Origin: Somniosus microcephalus | Lineage: Eukaryota | Length of the DNA stretch: 64,000 nucleotides | Assembly (NCBI GenBank): GCA_052327205.1 | Contig: JBMRGM010000036.1 | Span: forward strand, 71,672,001-71,736,000 | Direction: 5' to 3' | The notes under the pieces: model-generated | Told to the model about the DNA's origin: nothing | The model's input: the letters and a program-made list of their open reading frames with translations, nothing else | The model's database searches: none | Shown here: piece after piece, positions 36,343 to 47,944 of the stretch | Layout: each line of letters starts with the position of its first letter | How positions within the stretch are numbered: the stretch's first letter is position 1 | Position numbers and translations under genes: made by a program

Positions 36343-36379
36343 AGTTAACGTTTCAGGTCGATGACCCTTCGTCAGAACT
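36343..36379 (-). ncRNA. Minimal type I hammerhead ribozyme motif, intact
   Basis: AGTT-CTGACGA-AGGGTCATCGACCT-GAAA-CG-TT-AACT: conserved core, helix I AGTT/AACT, helix II hairpin, palindromic ACGT in place of helix III. Confidence 0.8.
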
Positions 36380-36677
36380 GGAAAAAAGCAGGAAATGGAA
36401 CAGATTTTTAAGCAAGTGTAGGGGCTGGGAAATGGGGGAGGGGATGAAAGAACAAAAGGGAAGGCCGGTGATAGGATGGAAGGCAGGAGAGGTTAAGAGA
36501 TATTAAGAGATATTCAAGGCGAGAGGAGATGGTAATGGGACAGGTTAAGAAACAAAGGATGGCTCTAGATGAAGTGTAAATTGCGCTGGCAGAATGGAAG
36601 ACAGCTGCCATGTGGGGGAGAAGAAAAAAAGACAGACAGAGTGTGGATAAAAAATATATATATGATAGGGGCCAAGG

Positions 36678-37370
36678 TTATGATCTGAAATTGTTGAACT
36701 CAATGTTGAGTCCGGAAGGCTGTAAAGTGTCTAATCGAAAGATGAGGTGCTGTTCCTCGAGCTTACGCTGAGCTTCCGTGGAATAATGCAAGAGGCCGAG
36801 GACGGAGAGGTCAGAGTGGGAATGGAGCGGAGAATTAAAGTGACAGGCGACTGGAAGCTCGGGGTCCCCCTTACGGACTGAACGGAGGTGTTCCGCAAAG
36901 CGGTCACCCAATCTGCGTTTGGTCTCCCCAATGTAGAGGAGACCACATCGTAAGCAGCGAATACAGTATACTAAATTGCAAGAAGTACAAGTAAATCGCT
37001 GTTTCACCTGGAAGGAGTGTTTGGGGCCCTGGACAGTGGGAAGGGGGGAGGTATAAGGGCAGGTGTTGCATCTCCTGCGCTTGCACGGGAAGGTGCCGGG
37101 CGAAGGGGAAGGGCTGTTGGGGGTGATAGAGGAGTGGACCAGGGTGTCGCGGAGGAAGCGGTCCCTTCGGAATGCTGAAAGGGGAGGTGAGGGGAGGATG
37201 TGTTTGGTGGTGAGATCATGCTGGAGGTGGCGGAAATAGCGGAGGATGATTCGTTGAATGTGGAGGCTGGTGGGGTGAAAGGTGAGGACAAGGGGAACTG
37301 TGTCGTGCTTCAGGGAGGGAGGGGCAGGGGTGAGGGTAGAAGTGCGGGAGATAGAACGGACACAGTCAAG
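36678..37370 (-). pseudogene. C-terminal part of a Penelope ORF with GIY-YIG endonuclease (open frame, RT lost)
   Basis: PLVLTFHP, PCKRRRCNTC, FTCTSCNLVYCIRCLRCGLLYIGETKRRLGDRFAEH, PVACHFN, LEEQHLIFRL..LQPSGLN. Confidence 0.92.
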
Positions 37371-37553
37371 GGGGGTGGGAGGAAGTATCTCCAGCATTTT
37401 CTGTTTTTTATTTCAGATTTCCAGCATCTGCAGTATTTTTTCTGTATTTATATAGCACCTTTAACATAGTAAAACATCCCAAGGTGCTTCACAGGAACAT
37501 AAACAGACAAAAATTGACACTTAGCCACATAAGGAGATATTAGGATAGGTGAC

Positions 37554-37785
37554 TGAAATAAAGAATAGATTTGCCTTTCTAATCTAGGCTTTATTAACTT
37601 AAAAATCCTGTAGCACATCTTTCAACACCCAGTCCCAACTAAAGGCTGGAAAGAACTGAATTTAAGATGGCCACCCACAAATCACATGACATCAACTACC
37701 AATGAGATTACAGCATATATCCCAAGGCAGGAAACAAACAAACAATCACAATACTTCTTACTAAACATAAAGAATAATCACCACA
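37554..37785 (-). repeat. 3' LTR of element B
   Basis: Identical to 42425-42656 except one T/C substitution (aagaataga vs aagaacaga), compared by eye. Confidence 0.97.
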
Positions 37786-37800
37786 TTCACCCCTCCTTTT
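37786..37800 (-). promoter_or_regulatory. Polypurine tract AAAAGGAGGGGTGAA
   Basis: Immediately precedes the 3' LTR on the minus strand. Confidence 0.9.
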
Positions 37801-38006
37801 AAAATATACTCCAACCTAAATAACCTTTACAATTTATAATTAATTATTTACAACTAAAACTATGCACAGACAAAATAAAACTATTCAACATGACACAATA
37901 CTAAGTGAGCAACAACAAATAGTAACATTGCACATAAGTATTAAGTATCTCTCAACTAAAACAATATAATATAATATTTCAACAATTTTAAAACATTACT
38001 ATCAAT

Positions 38007-41000
38007 TTAAAAGTCCATTTTCAATCGGTCGACCGGATATCTTGTTCGTGTCGACCTTCTTAACCTTGGTGAAATTCCTTGCCCTCCCACACCAGGAGAC
38101 ACAGAAGTATCTTCTGCAGGAAGGCTATCCATATCCTGATTTTCAACGGTTTCCGGATTAGAAATCCCATCAGGAGGTAAACTGGGACGGTCATGAACAT
38201 CCATCGAGGGCTGACTAATAGAAGTATAATTATCTGCAGTCGGATTGGAAATATTCGTAGTATCTGTAACAGCATCCACATTATCTGAATCATGACTATT
38301 GTTAATATCCTCAGAAGAGGGCTGGCCACCACAAGGAGCCAAGTCTTTAATTGAAACGGTACTTTCTTTCCCATCTTGGAATCGAATATGAGCATATTGG
38401 GAATTTGCCTCCAACAGCTCCACCTCCTCCACTAAAGGATCATATTTTGACAATCTAACATGGCGTCGAAGCAGCACAGGTCCCTGCATAGTAAGCCATG
38501 AAGGTACCAAATATCCCGTAGTAGATCTCCGCGGATAGTTAAAGAGCCTTTCATGGGGGGTCACATTAGTAGCCGTTGAAAGCAATGATCTAATGGAATG
38601 CAGGGCATCAGGCAGTACCATTTCCCACTGTGTATTCTTAAGGTTCCGGGATGTCAAAGCCAACATAACTGCCTTCCAGATCACCCCATTGTATCGTTCG
38701 CACTGTCCATTACCCTGGGGATTATATGGGGTAGTTCTACTAGTAGAAATTCCCCGACTCTGAAGGTATTCCTTCAACTGGGAAGACATAAAAGAACTTC
38801 CCTGATCCGAATGGATATACGCAGGCATCCCAAAGATGACAAAAAGTTGAGTCAGACATTTGATAACTGTAGCAGCTGATACATCTGCGCAAGGAAAAGC
38901 AAAAGGGAACCTTGAAAACTCATCCACAACAGTAAATATATATCGGTTTTGAGTAGTTGAAGGAAGAGGCCCCTTAAAATCGACGCTCAAACGTTCAAAA
39001 GGAGAAGTAGCCTTTATAAGATGAGCTCGTTGAGGCTTAAAGAAATTCGGTTTACACCGAGCACAGATAGAACATGATGAAGTCATCCGCTTGACGTCTT
39101 CAACTGAAAAGGGCAAATTCTTACTGCGTACGAAGTGTATCATCCTCGTAACCCCAGGATGGCATAAGGCATTGTGAAGATTAATAAGCGTATCTCCGTG
39201 AATCACAGAACAATAAGCCCTCGACAGCGCATCAGCAGCAACATTACCCTTCCCCGGACGATAAAGTATATCAAAATGGTAACATGCCAACTCAATCCTC
39301 CACCTCATTATTTTATCATTCTTAATCTTTCCAAAATGTTTGACATCAAACATAAAGGATACAGGCCTAGAAATTCAGTGCCCTTAGCACCGGTTTTGCG
39401 GCGCTAGAGGGCCTAGCGCTGCAATTGGCGCCGGTTCCTAAATTGCCTGGCGCCCTTCCGTGGCGGTAGACCGGTAGCGCTGCGCCGGCACCGATGACGT
39501 CATCGGTGTGCGCAGCGTCCCGGTTGCCGTGGTAACCCGGCCCCAAGCCGAAATTCAGTTGCGGCCGCCTCGCCAGTGGCAGCCGCAACTAAGACTCCGG
39601 CAAACGAGTGTTGCCGGAGTCTGCGCCGGCGCTTTAAGGAGGCGCGGCGGCCGGCCGCTTTCCCGCCGTCCGCCTGCCCGCAGCTCCCTCCCCGGACTTC
39701 TCCCCCCCCCCCCCCCCCCGGAACAGATGCAAGCCCGGCACTTGTCCGAGGTGCCGGGCTCATTTTTGATGAGATTTGCGCGGGCCGCGGCCGGGTGCAG
39801 GCAGCTCCTCCTTAACGGAAGGAGGAGGCCTGCACTTCCCGAGCCTGCCGCACCGCAGCGGGCGCCGCAGCGCCGGAATAGCGCCGCAATGCGGCGCGTT
39901 GCGCCAGTTTTCAGGCGCTAAAACCCTTCAGTAGCGCCGGCAGCCGTTTGGGCGCGGCGCTACTGAATTTTTGGCGCGCGCAAAGGGCTTTAGCGCCGGC
40001 GCTAACTTCCGGCGCTAAAGCCCTGGCGCAGCGCAAACTCAATTTCTAGGCCACAGACTTTTGATCAGTTACCAACGTAAAATGTCGCCCCGATAAATAA
40101 TGTCTCCATTTACGCAGTGCTTCTACTATTGCATACGCCTCTTTCTCTATTGAAGAATGCCTTTTTTCACTATTGTTCAAGGTACGTGAGAAAAAGGCCA
40201 CAGGTCTTCCATTTTGGTTCAGAGTAGCCCCAATTGCAAAATCAGAAGCGTCCGTCTCAATCACAAAAGGAACCTGCTCATCAATAGAATGCATAACTGC
40301 TCCAAGGATATCCTTTTTAAAATTATCAAAACACGTCCTGGCCTCCTATGATAGAGGATATGTCGTAACCCGAATAAGAGGCCAGATCTTCTGTGAAAAA
40401 TTTGCAATCCAATTAGAATAATAAGAAAACAGTCCAACAACTCGTTGCAAAGCCTTAGAATTAGTAGGACAAGGTAAATCAATCAATGGTCGCAGACGTT
40501 CTGGATCTGGTTTAATCTTGTTTCCTGAGATAATATACCCCAATAGATTTACCTCAGTGGTCGAAAAGGTACACTTCTCTTTATTGAAAGTTAAACCAAC
40601 TTTTTCCGCAGCTTGACGGAATCTTTCTAAATTAGAATCATGCTCCACCCTTGATTTGCCACACACCGTGATGTCATCTAAGTATGAAAAGGTGTCAGAG
40701 AGAGAGTTATCACTTATAAAAGCATCCATTGCCCGTTGAAAACAAGCAACACCATTAGTAACACCAAATGGTATTCGGCAAAACTGATACAGCTTTCCAC
40801 CAGCCTCAAAGGCCGTATATGGTTGATCCTTCTTAACAATAGGAATCTGATGATAAGCACTCTTTAGGTCAATAGTGCTAAAAACCTTATACTGAGATAC
40901 TTTATTGATAAGCTCATCAATCTTAGGCAAAGGGTACGCATCTAATTGAGTATACCTATTAATAGTTTGGGAATAGTCTATCACCATTCGTTTCTTATGT

Positions 41001-42403
41001 CTCTCGTTAGTCGTGACAACTACCTGTGCCCGCCAAGGCGAACAACTAGGTTCAATGATTCCTTCCAATAAGAGACGTTGAACTTCAGAATTAATAAATT
41101 CTCTATCCTGACTGCTATACCTTCTTGACTTGGTAGCAATTGGCTTACAATCTGGCATCAAATTGGAAAAAAGTGATAATGGAGAAATGGATAAAGAGGT
41201 TAATCCACAAATAGATAAAGGTGGCTTAGTCCCTCCAAATGAAAGACTAAGAGACTCGTGTAACTGAAGCACATCATGACCAATCAAAATATCCGCACAG
41301 AGATTAGGCAAAACAGATAGGCGTATATCAGTATACGTATTACCTAGAAGAATCAATTTCACAAGGCAACAACCAGCTACTTGTGAAGTGAGAGCCGTCT
41401 GAGCCATACACACCTGATAGGAAACAGGCGAAATTTTCAAATGCTTCTCCTTTGCAAACTGAAGACTTATAAAACTCTCGGTACTGCCCGTATCTATAAG
41501 GGCCTTCACTTCCAACCCATTAACTTGGGCCGTAACTATAGCTTTGTTTAGGCCATGAGCAAATGCAGCAGAAATTGATGCAATAAACGCCCTATCTAAA
41601 GGCTGAATAGTCACAGAGGAGGTAATTGAACCTGATGATTTACACACACATGCGTAATGACCTCTCTTGCCGCATTTACTACACACAGCCTCCCGAGCAG
41701 GACACGTCAGACGAGGGTGCCGGACGTTCCCACAAAAATAACACTTCTGAATCCTAGAGGCAACAGCCGCTGAAGTAGAAACTGTTTCAGAATCTAGTAA
41801 ACCACTCCTATTAAGTCCACATAATTCCTTTTCATCCGGAACTGCCGAAACCACAGTCACAGGCCGATTAAAAAGAGCATAAGAATCCGAACTTCTCTGA
41901 GCCACATCCAATGTAGAAGCTTGCTCAAAAGCACTCTTAAGATCCAAAGTCTTATTTTCTAACAACCGCTGACGAATTGATCTAGACAGTAATCCATTAA
42001 TAAAAGCATCCCGTACCGATTCTTCCTTATATTCTTCAGCCGTCACGGCCTTATAATTACAGTTAACACTAAGGCACCGAAGTGCTTGTAAATAAGTATC
42101 CAAAGATTCTCCCACCTGCTGCCTACGGGCAGATAGAAGGTGACGTGCAAATACCTCATTCTTTGGTTTAACAAAAATCTTTTCCAATGTAGAAATAGCC
42201 ACTTCGTAAGTTTTACAGTCCAAAATATACTTATACACATCCAGAGCAATGTAGTTGATCAGCATATTCAGCTTATTTAGAGACTCTTGATCCAACACGC
42301 CCAAAAAGTTTTTAAATGTACAATACCAGTGTTTCCATTTATCATCCACTCCTGCAGAATTAGGGTCAGCATTGAATCGTTCTGGTTGAAGATATCGCTC
42401 CAT
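38007..42403 (-). pseudogene. gag-pol: gag-pol of element B (~1234 codons when reconstructed), broken by one TAG at 40346-40348 and a MITE
   Basis: CYFCGNVRHPRLTC and CSKCGKRGHYACVC, LIDTGS, YLDD, IETDAS, LHNALCHPG..CSIC, SVDFKG, HSDQG, CERYN; ORFs 40346..42403, 40046..40294 and 38007..39353 are in one frame once 692 nt (MITE plus TSD) are removed. Confidence 0.95.
39364..40052. mobile_element. GC-rich PIF/Harbinger-type MITE (689 bp)
   Basis: Perfect 12-bp TIR ggcctagaaatt/aatttctaggcc, 3-bp TSD aca, many tagcgc/gcgcta subterminal motifs; removal restores DQKSVSFMFD. Confidence 0.92.
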
Positions 42404-42424
42404 TCTGACATAAAGTTAATAAAT

Positions 42425-42656
42425 TGAAATAAAGAACAGATTTGCCTTTCTAATCTAGGCTTTATTAACTTAAAAATCCTGTAGCACATCTTTCAACACC
42501 CAGTCCCAACTAAAGGCTGGAAAGAACTGAATTTAAGATGGCCACCCACAAATCACATGACATCAACTACCAATGAGATTACAGCATATATCCCAAGGCA
42601 GGAAACAAACAAACAATCACAATACTTCTTACTAAACATAAAGAATAATCACCACA
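42425..42656 (-). repeat. 5' LTR of element B
   Basis: Direct repeat of 37554-37785. Confidence 0.97.
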
Positions 42657-43589
42657 GTGACCAAACGCTTGGTCAAAGAGATAGGTTTTAAGGGGCGTCT
42701 TAATGAAGGAGAGAGAAGTAGAGAGAGAGGAGAGGTTTAGGGAGGGAATTCCAGAGCTTAGGGCCTAGACAACTGAAGGCACAGCCGTCAATGGTGAAGC
42801 CAAGGAAGTGGGGGATGCTCAAGAGGCCAGAATTGGAGGAGCGCAGAGTTCTTGGAGGGTTTTCGGGCTGGAGGGGGTTACAGAGATAGGGAAGGATTTG
42901 AACACGAGGGTGAGAATTTCAGAATCGCGGCGTTGCCGGACTGGGAGCCAGTGTAGGTCAGCGAGCACAGGTGGGTGATGGGTGAACGGGACTTGGTGCG
43001 AGTTAGGACACAGACTGCAGCGGTTCAAGGGGAAGGTTCAGGGATGGGCAATAAATGCCGGCCTTGCCAGCGACGCCCACCTCCCAAGAACAAATTCAAA
43101 CAAAGACTGTTTTCTGAGTCAGTGCATAACAAGCTCTACAAGGAGCGGACCCAGTGTGTGCAGGTTGCCCAGTACTGGGACACATTTGGGTTAAAATTAA
43201 TTAGATGCAACACTGGCCTTCATTCCGGGTAATGAAGCAAAGCAGGTCAGCAACAGGAAGGTAGGAGGAAAAGTAGGGATGATTAATCACCGTATAATTA
43301 GCTGTAAAATTAAGAGAGGGAGATAGAAAAACAAAATGAAAAGCAATGTTGATTGATTGGGAAACTACAGAGGCATGATCGTGGACTTAGCTGGAATAAA
43401 TTGGAGGGGAAAAGTAAACTATTACAACAATGGAAAGTATTTAAATTGGAGATTAATACAGCTCAGTCTAGGTGCATTCTAATGAGGAAGGAGGGCTAGT
43501 GTTTAGAATCACGATTCCAGGGCTTAGGCTGAAAATAGAGGCTCAAAAAAAGAGCATATGATAAAGGTAATACGAGAGAGAGAGATGTG

Positions 43590-44818
43590 AGAGATACTGT
43601 AACCAGAACATCTCGATTGCTTCTCCTCCACCCCCACCCACACTGTCACCTTGGGGGCCATCCTTGGCGACCTCCTTCGGCTGCCTAGGCCCCATAGTCT
43701 GGAATTCCCCCCCATGATCCCCTCCACTGCTTGCCGATGGCATCAAACTTGGGGGTGTGGCAAACAGTGAGGATGATACCAGTCGACTGCAACAGGACAT
43801 AGAAAGGCTAGCAGAATGGACAGACAAGTGGCAGATGGAATTTAATACAGAGAAGTGTGAGGTGATGCATTTTGGCAGAAGGAACAGGGAGAGGCAATAT
43901 ACACTTAATGGCACAGTTTTAAAGAGTGTGCAGGGACAGAGGGACCTGGGAGTTAATGTGCACAGGTCCCTGAAGGTGGCAGGACATATTGAGAGAGTGG
44001 TTAACAAAGCATATGAGATCTTGGGCTTCATAAATAGAGGTATTGAGTACAAAAGTAGAGAAGTTATGCTGAACCTTTATAAAGTGCTGGTTAGGCCACA
44101 ACTGGAGTATTGCGTCCAGTTCTGGTCACCACACTTTAGGAAGGATGTGAAGGCCCTTGAGAGGATGCAGAGGAGATTTATCAGAATGGTTCCGGGGATG
44201 GGGGATCTTAGCTACAGGGACAGGTTGGAGCAGCTGGATTTGTTTTCATTACAGCAAAGGAGATCGAGGGGTGATTTGATAGAGGTGTACAAGATTATGA
44301 CGGGTTTGGACAGGCTAGACGGGGAAAGGCTGTTCCCACTGATTGATGGTACAAGGACTAGGGGACACAGATTTAAGGTTTTGGGCAAGAGATACAGGGG
44401 GATGTGAGGAAAATCTTTTTTACACAGCGAGTGGTGAGGACCTGGAACTCGCTGCCGACGGAAGTGGTGGAAGTGGAGACACTCAATGTTTTCAAGGGGA
44501 GACTGGATAGGCACTTGAGGGAAATAAACTTGCAGGGCTACGGGGATAGAGCGGGGGAATGGGACTGACTGGATCGCTCTACAGAGAGCCGGCACGGACT
44601 CGATGGGCCGAATGACCTCCTTCTGTGCCGTTATGACTCTATGCTCCACCTCCCACTCCTCCTTGAAGCCCTTCCTTACAACCCACCTCTTTGACCAAGC
44701 TTTTGAGTCACCTGTCGCTAATCTGTTCTCTGCTCAGCACTCATTCTTTCCCTTACACCTGTGAAGCACCTTGGGGTACGTTCCTATGTTAAACGCGCAA
44801 TGTTAATGCAAGTTCTTG
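43590..44818 (+). mobile_element. Degraded L2 3' end split by a CR1
   Basis: gcctaggccccatagtctggaattcc, acccacctctttgaccaagctttt, ctgtgaagcaccttggg..aatgcaagtt; ctccac duplicated around the insert. Confidence 0.7.
43728..44643 (+). mobile_element. CR1 LINE 3' ~0.9 kb (ORF2 C-terminus 43757..44407)
   Basis: LQQDIERLAEWTDKWQMEFNTEKCEVMHFG...LVRPQLEYCVQFWSPH; tail gatgggccgaatgacctcc. Confidence 0.93.
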
Positions 44819-45344
44819 TGGTAATTACAACACGGAAACAGGCCATTCGGCCCATCCAGTCCGTATTGGTGCCTGTTCCCCACGTGAGTAATCGACTAAT
44901 TCCCGTGACTCCGCTCTGTTCCCAAATCCCTTTATCTCCCCTTTTCTTCAACCTGTCCAGCCTCTTCTTAAATGTTGACCTGGCAAAAAGAGAGGTAAAG
45001 AGAGCTAAGAGGGAGCTTCAAAACTAAAGCTGCAGCCAATGTAAAGGGAAATAGCAAACATTCTCAGAAACATATTCATCAGCAACGAGATGAAGACACT
45101 CAAAAATCAGCACGGTGAGATTATGGTAGATAAGGAAAGGGAAATTAATGCACAAGGGTCAGTAACCAGAGGACACAGATTTAACTTCATTGCTAAAAGA
45201 ATCAGAGGGAAGATGAGAATTTGTTTAATGCAGCGAGTTGTTGTGATCTGGAACGCGCTGCCTGAAAGGGCGGTGGAAGCAGATTCAATAGTAACTTTCA
45301 AAAGGGAATTGGCTAGACACTTGAAAAGCAGAAACTGGCAGGGT

Positions 45345-45688
45345 TTTTTTTGTTCATGTATAGGATGTGGGCGTCGCTGGCAAGGCCCAGCATTTATTGC
45401 CCATCCCTAGTTGCCCTTGAGAAGGTGGTGGTGAGCCGCCTTCTTGAACCGCTGCAGTCCGTGTGGTGAAGGTGCTCCCACAGTGCTGTTAGGGAGGGAG
45501 TTCCATTGGGAGGTGGGCGTCGCCGTGCTTTCAGTTGACCCAGCGACGATGAAGGAACGGCCGATATATTTCCAGGTCAGGATGGTGTGTGACTGGGAGG
45601 GGAACTTGGAGGTGGTGGTGTTCCTACGCGCCTGCTGCCCTTGCCCTTCTAGGTGGTAGAGGTCCCGGGTATGAGAGTTGCTATTGAA
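45345..45688 (-). mobile_element. CR1/Zenon-like LINE 3' end
   Basis: Close match to 12503-12830. Confidence 0.75.
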
Positions 45689-46504
45689 GGGTTATGGGGA
45701 AAGAGCGGGGGGAGTGGGACTAATTGGACAGCTCTTTCAAAGAGCCGGCACAGGCACGATGGGCCAAATGGCCTCCTCCTGTGCTGTATCATTCTTTGAT
45801 TCTATATGAATACTTTGCTTCAGTATTTACAGAGTAGAAGGAAGGAAGTCTTCAACAGGTTGTGGAGCATTAATAAAGTAGCAGTTCTTAAGGGGTTGCG
45901 TAAAGATTGCTAAAGTGTACGCACCCTTGAATACTGACGGAGGTACGTGAGGGAGGAGCAGAGCGACAAATTCTGATTTTTAAGAATTCACAGTTGGGAG
46001 CCATGCCAAGAAGCTGGAGGGTACAAGATGTTCAGAGAGGAGGGAAGAGTAAGTCATGCAGTTGTCAACTTAAGCTAAAATATATAAATACTTAGAAGGG
46101 CGAGGGCAATGTGGACTTGTGAAGTGTAAGCCATGTCTCATTAACCTGATGAAATGTTTTGGGACAATAATGGATAACATGGACATGGGGATGCAGTACC
46201 TGCAGTGTGTCTGGATATCCATTAAGTATTTGATAAAGCGCTGCTTAATAGAAGGGAAAGCAGTGGTAGGGACAGGTGGCCGAAAGGGTCGCAGTAAGTG
46301 GGCATCTGAACACAGAAGCAAAGAGGTCGCGATAACTGTGTACAGGACAGGACACGTCTGGAATATGGTGTGTGGCCTTAAGTTCCTCACTATAACAGAG
46401 ATATAACAGCACGCAGAGAAAGTGTAACGCACCTTTACCGGGATTAAACCAGTTATGAGGAGGTCTGCGTTACAACGAAACGCTGGAACAACTAGGGCTG
46501 TATT

Positions 46505-46940
46505 GTCAGCCGTGGCTCAGTGGGCAGCACTCTCACTCCAGAGACTTGAGCCCATAATCCAGGCCGACACTCCCAGTGCCAGTACTGAGGGAGTGCTGCA
46601 CTGCCGGAGGTGCCATCTTTCGGATGAGACGTTAAACCGAGGCCCCGTCTGCCCTCTCGGGTGGACGTAAAAGATCCCACGGCCACTATTGGAAGAAGAG
46701 CAGGGGAGTTCTCCCTGGTGTCCTGGGCCTATATTTATTCCTCAACCATCATCACTAAAAAACAGATGATCCGGTCATTATCACATTGTTGTTTGTGGGA
46801 GCTTGCTGTGCGCAAATTGGCTGCCACATTTCCTACATTACAACAGTGACTACATTTCAAAAAGTACTTCATTGGCTGTAAAGTGCTTTGGGACGTCCTG
46901 TGGTCGTGAAAGGCGTTGCAGAAACGCAGGTATTTCATTC
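46505..46940 (+). mobile_element. SacSINE1-like DeuSINE with a single, unexpanded 33-bp unit
   Basis: gtcagccgtggctcagtggg head (internally deleted), one cagtactgagggagtgctgcactgccggagg, core and tail. Confidence 0.9.
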
Positions 46941-47210
46941 TTTCTCTTGAGCAGAGGAGATTAAGAGGAGATTTGATGGAGTTGTCCAAAACAATAAAAG
47001 GAATAGTCAAGATAAACATAAGATCATTTCCATTGGGCGATAGCGTGAAGATAAGCACATGACCTCAAAGTGAGCACCAGACACATAAAGGGAGAGAGTC
47101 AAAGAAAGACTTTCACACAAAAAGTTATCGCAATGTGGGATGCTTTACCACAACTGATCAATGCTAGCTCAATGATAGCATGCAGGATAATTAGTTAAAG
47201 AGCATGGGAA

Positions 47211-47345
47211 GAAAGCAGGAAAATGGGATTGGCTTGGAGATAGAGAGAGAGAGAAAGCAGGAAAATGGGATTGGCTTGGAGATAGAGAGCGAGAGAAAGC
47301 AGGAAAATGGGATTGGCTTGGAGATAGAGAGCGAGAGAAAGCAGG
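47211..47345 (+). repeat. 42-bp tandem repeat, ~3 copies
   Basis: gaaagcaggaaaatgggattggcttggagatagagagcgaga. Confidence 0.9.
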
Positions 47346-47944
47346 GAAACAGCACAGCCTCGAGGGTCCCTGGGGTAAACTGCCGGCCTCCTGCTTTTGG
47401 AGACTGCACAAGGTCGATTATTATTCTTTGTCATTTAATCACAAGCTGATCGTTCTACATTTGGCCATAAATCTGCATTTTTAAATAGAGGAGAACTGAG
47501 AGCATAAAAAGGGAGTGTGAATTAAACATCTGCTGTGGGAGGGTGTCATCTCGACCTGCCGGATGCTGATTTAACTACAAGCTGTAGATACAAGTTGGCT
47601 TTAATATTACCTGTCTTTCATGGCCACGTATCATCCGGTTATTGTTTAAATCATGGGATCGGGTGAATGTGAAGTACTTTATCGGGTACAGTCGTGCCGT
47701 GGTTATGTTACTGAACTAATAATCCAGAGGCTTGAACTAAATAAGATGGGGGGGGTGGGGTGGGGGAGGTGAGGGATCTGGTGAAAATGAACATAAACCT
47801 GCAGATAAAAGAAATGGGAGAAGGGAGTAAAGGTGAGACCAAGGTGAAGAACAAAGGTAACATAAACGGCCATGGAACAGCTACAGTTGTAGAACGTAAT
47901 TATCAAATGAGTGATAAAAATAAAGTGAGTGGAACAATTAATAA

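Larger units (their letters stand above)
36276..37442 (-). mobile_element. Penelope-like element, 5'-truncated, with an inverted terminal segment
   Basis: GIY-YIG ORF, hammerhead motif, 13-bp duplication tgtatttatatag at 36263-36275 and 37443-37455, inverted copy of the 3' terminus at ~37385-37442. Confidence 0.92.
37554..42656 (-). mobile_element. Near-complete young Ty3/Gypsy LTR retrotransposon (element B)
   Basis: Two 232-bp LTRs TG..CA, 5-bp TSD gtgac at 37549-37553 and 42657-42661, PPT, single gag-pol frame. Confidence 0.97.
36255..43015 (-). mobile_element. L2-clade LINE 3' end, split by a Penelope and a Gypsy element
   Basis: Tail aacaacttgtatttatatagcacctttaacatagtaaaacatcccaaggtgcttcacag; resumes at 42657; PVLADLHWLPVRQR..ILTLVFKS in ORF 42819..43028. 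Confidence 0.85.
44985..47170 (+). mobile_element. Patchwork of degraded CR1 fragments with nested inserts
   Basis: TRGHRF..QRVVVIWNALP at ~45165-45265, CR1 tail at 45690-45810, decayed RT pieces 45810-46500 and 46940-47170. Confidence 0.65.

Noticed and set aside
40346-40348. Programmed stop-codon readthrough in element B
   Set aside because: The TAG lies in the RT-RNase H connection, not at the gag-pol border; a single nonsense substitution is simpler
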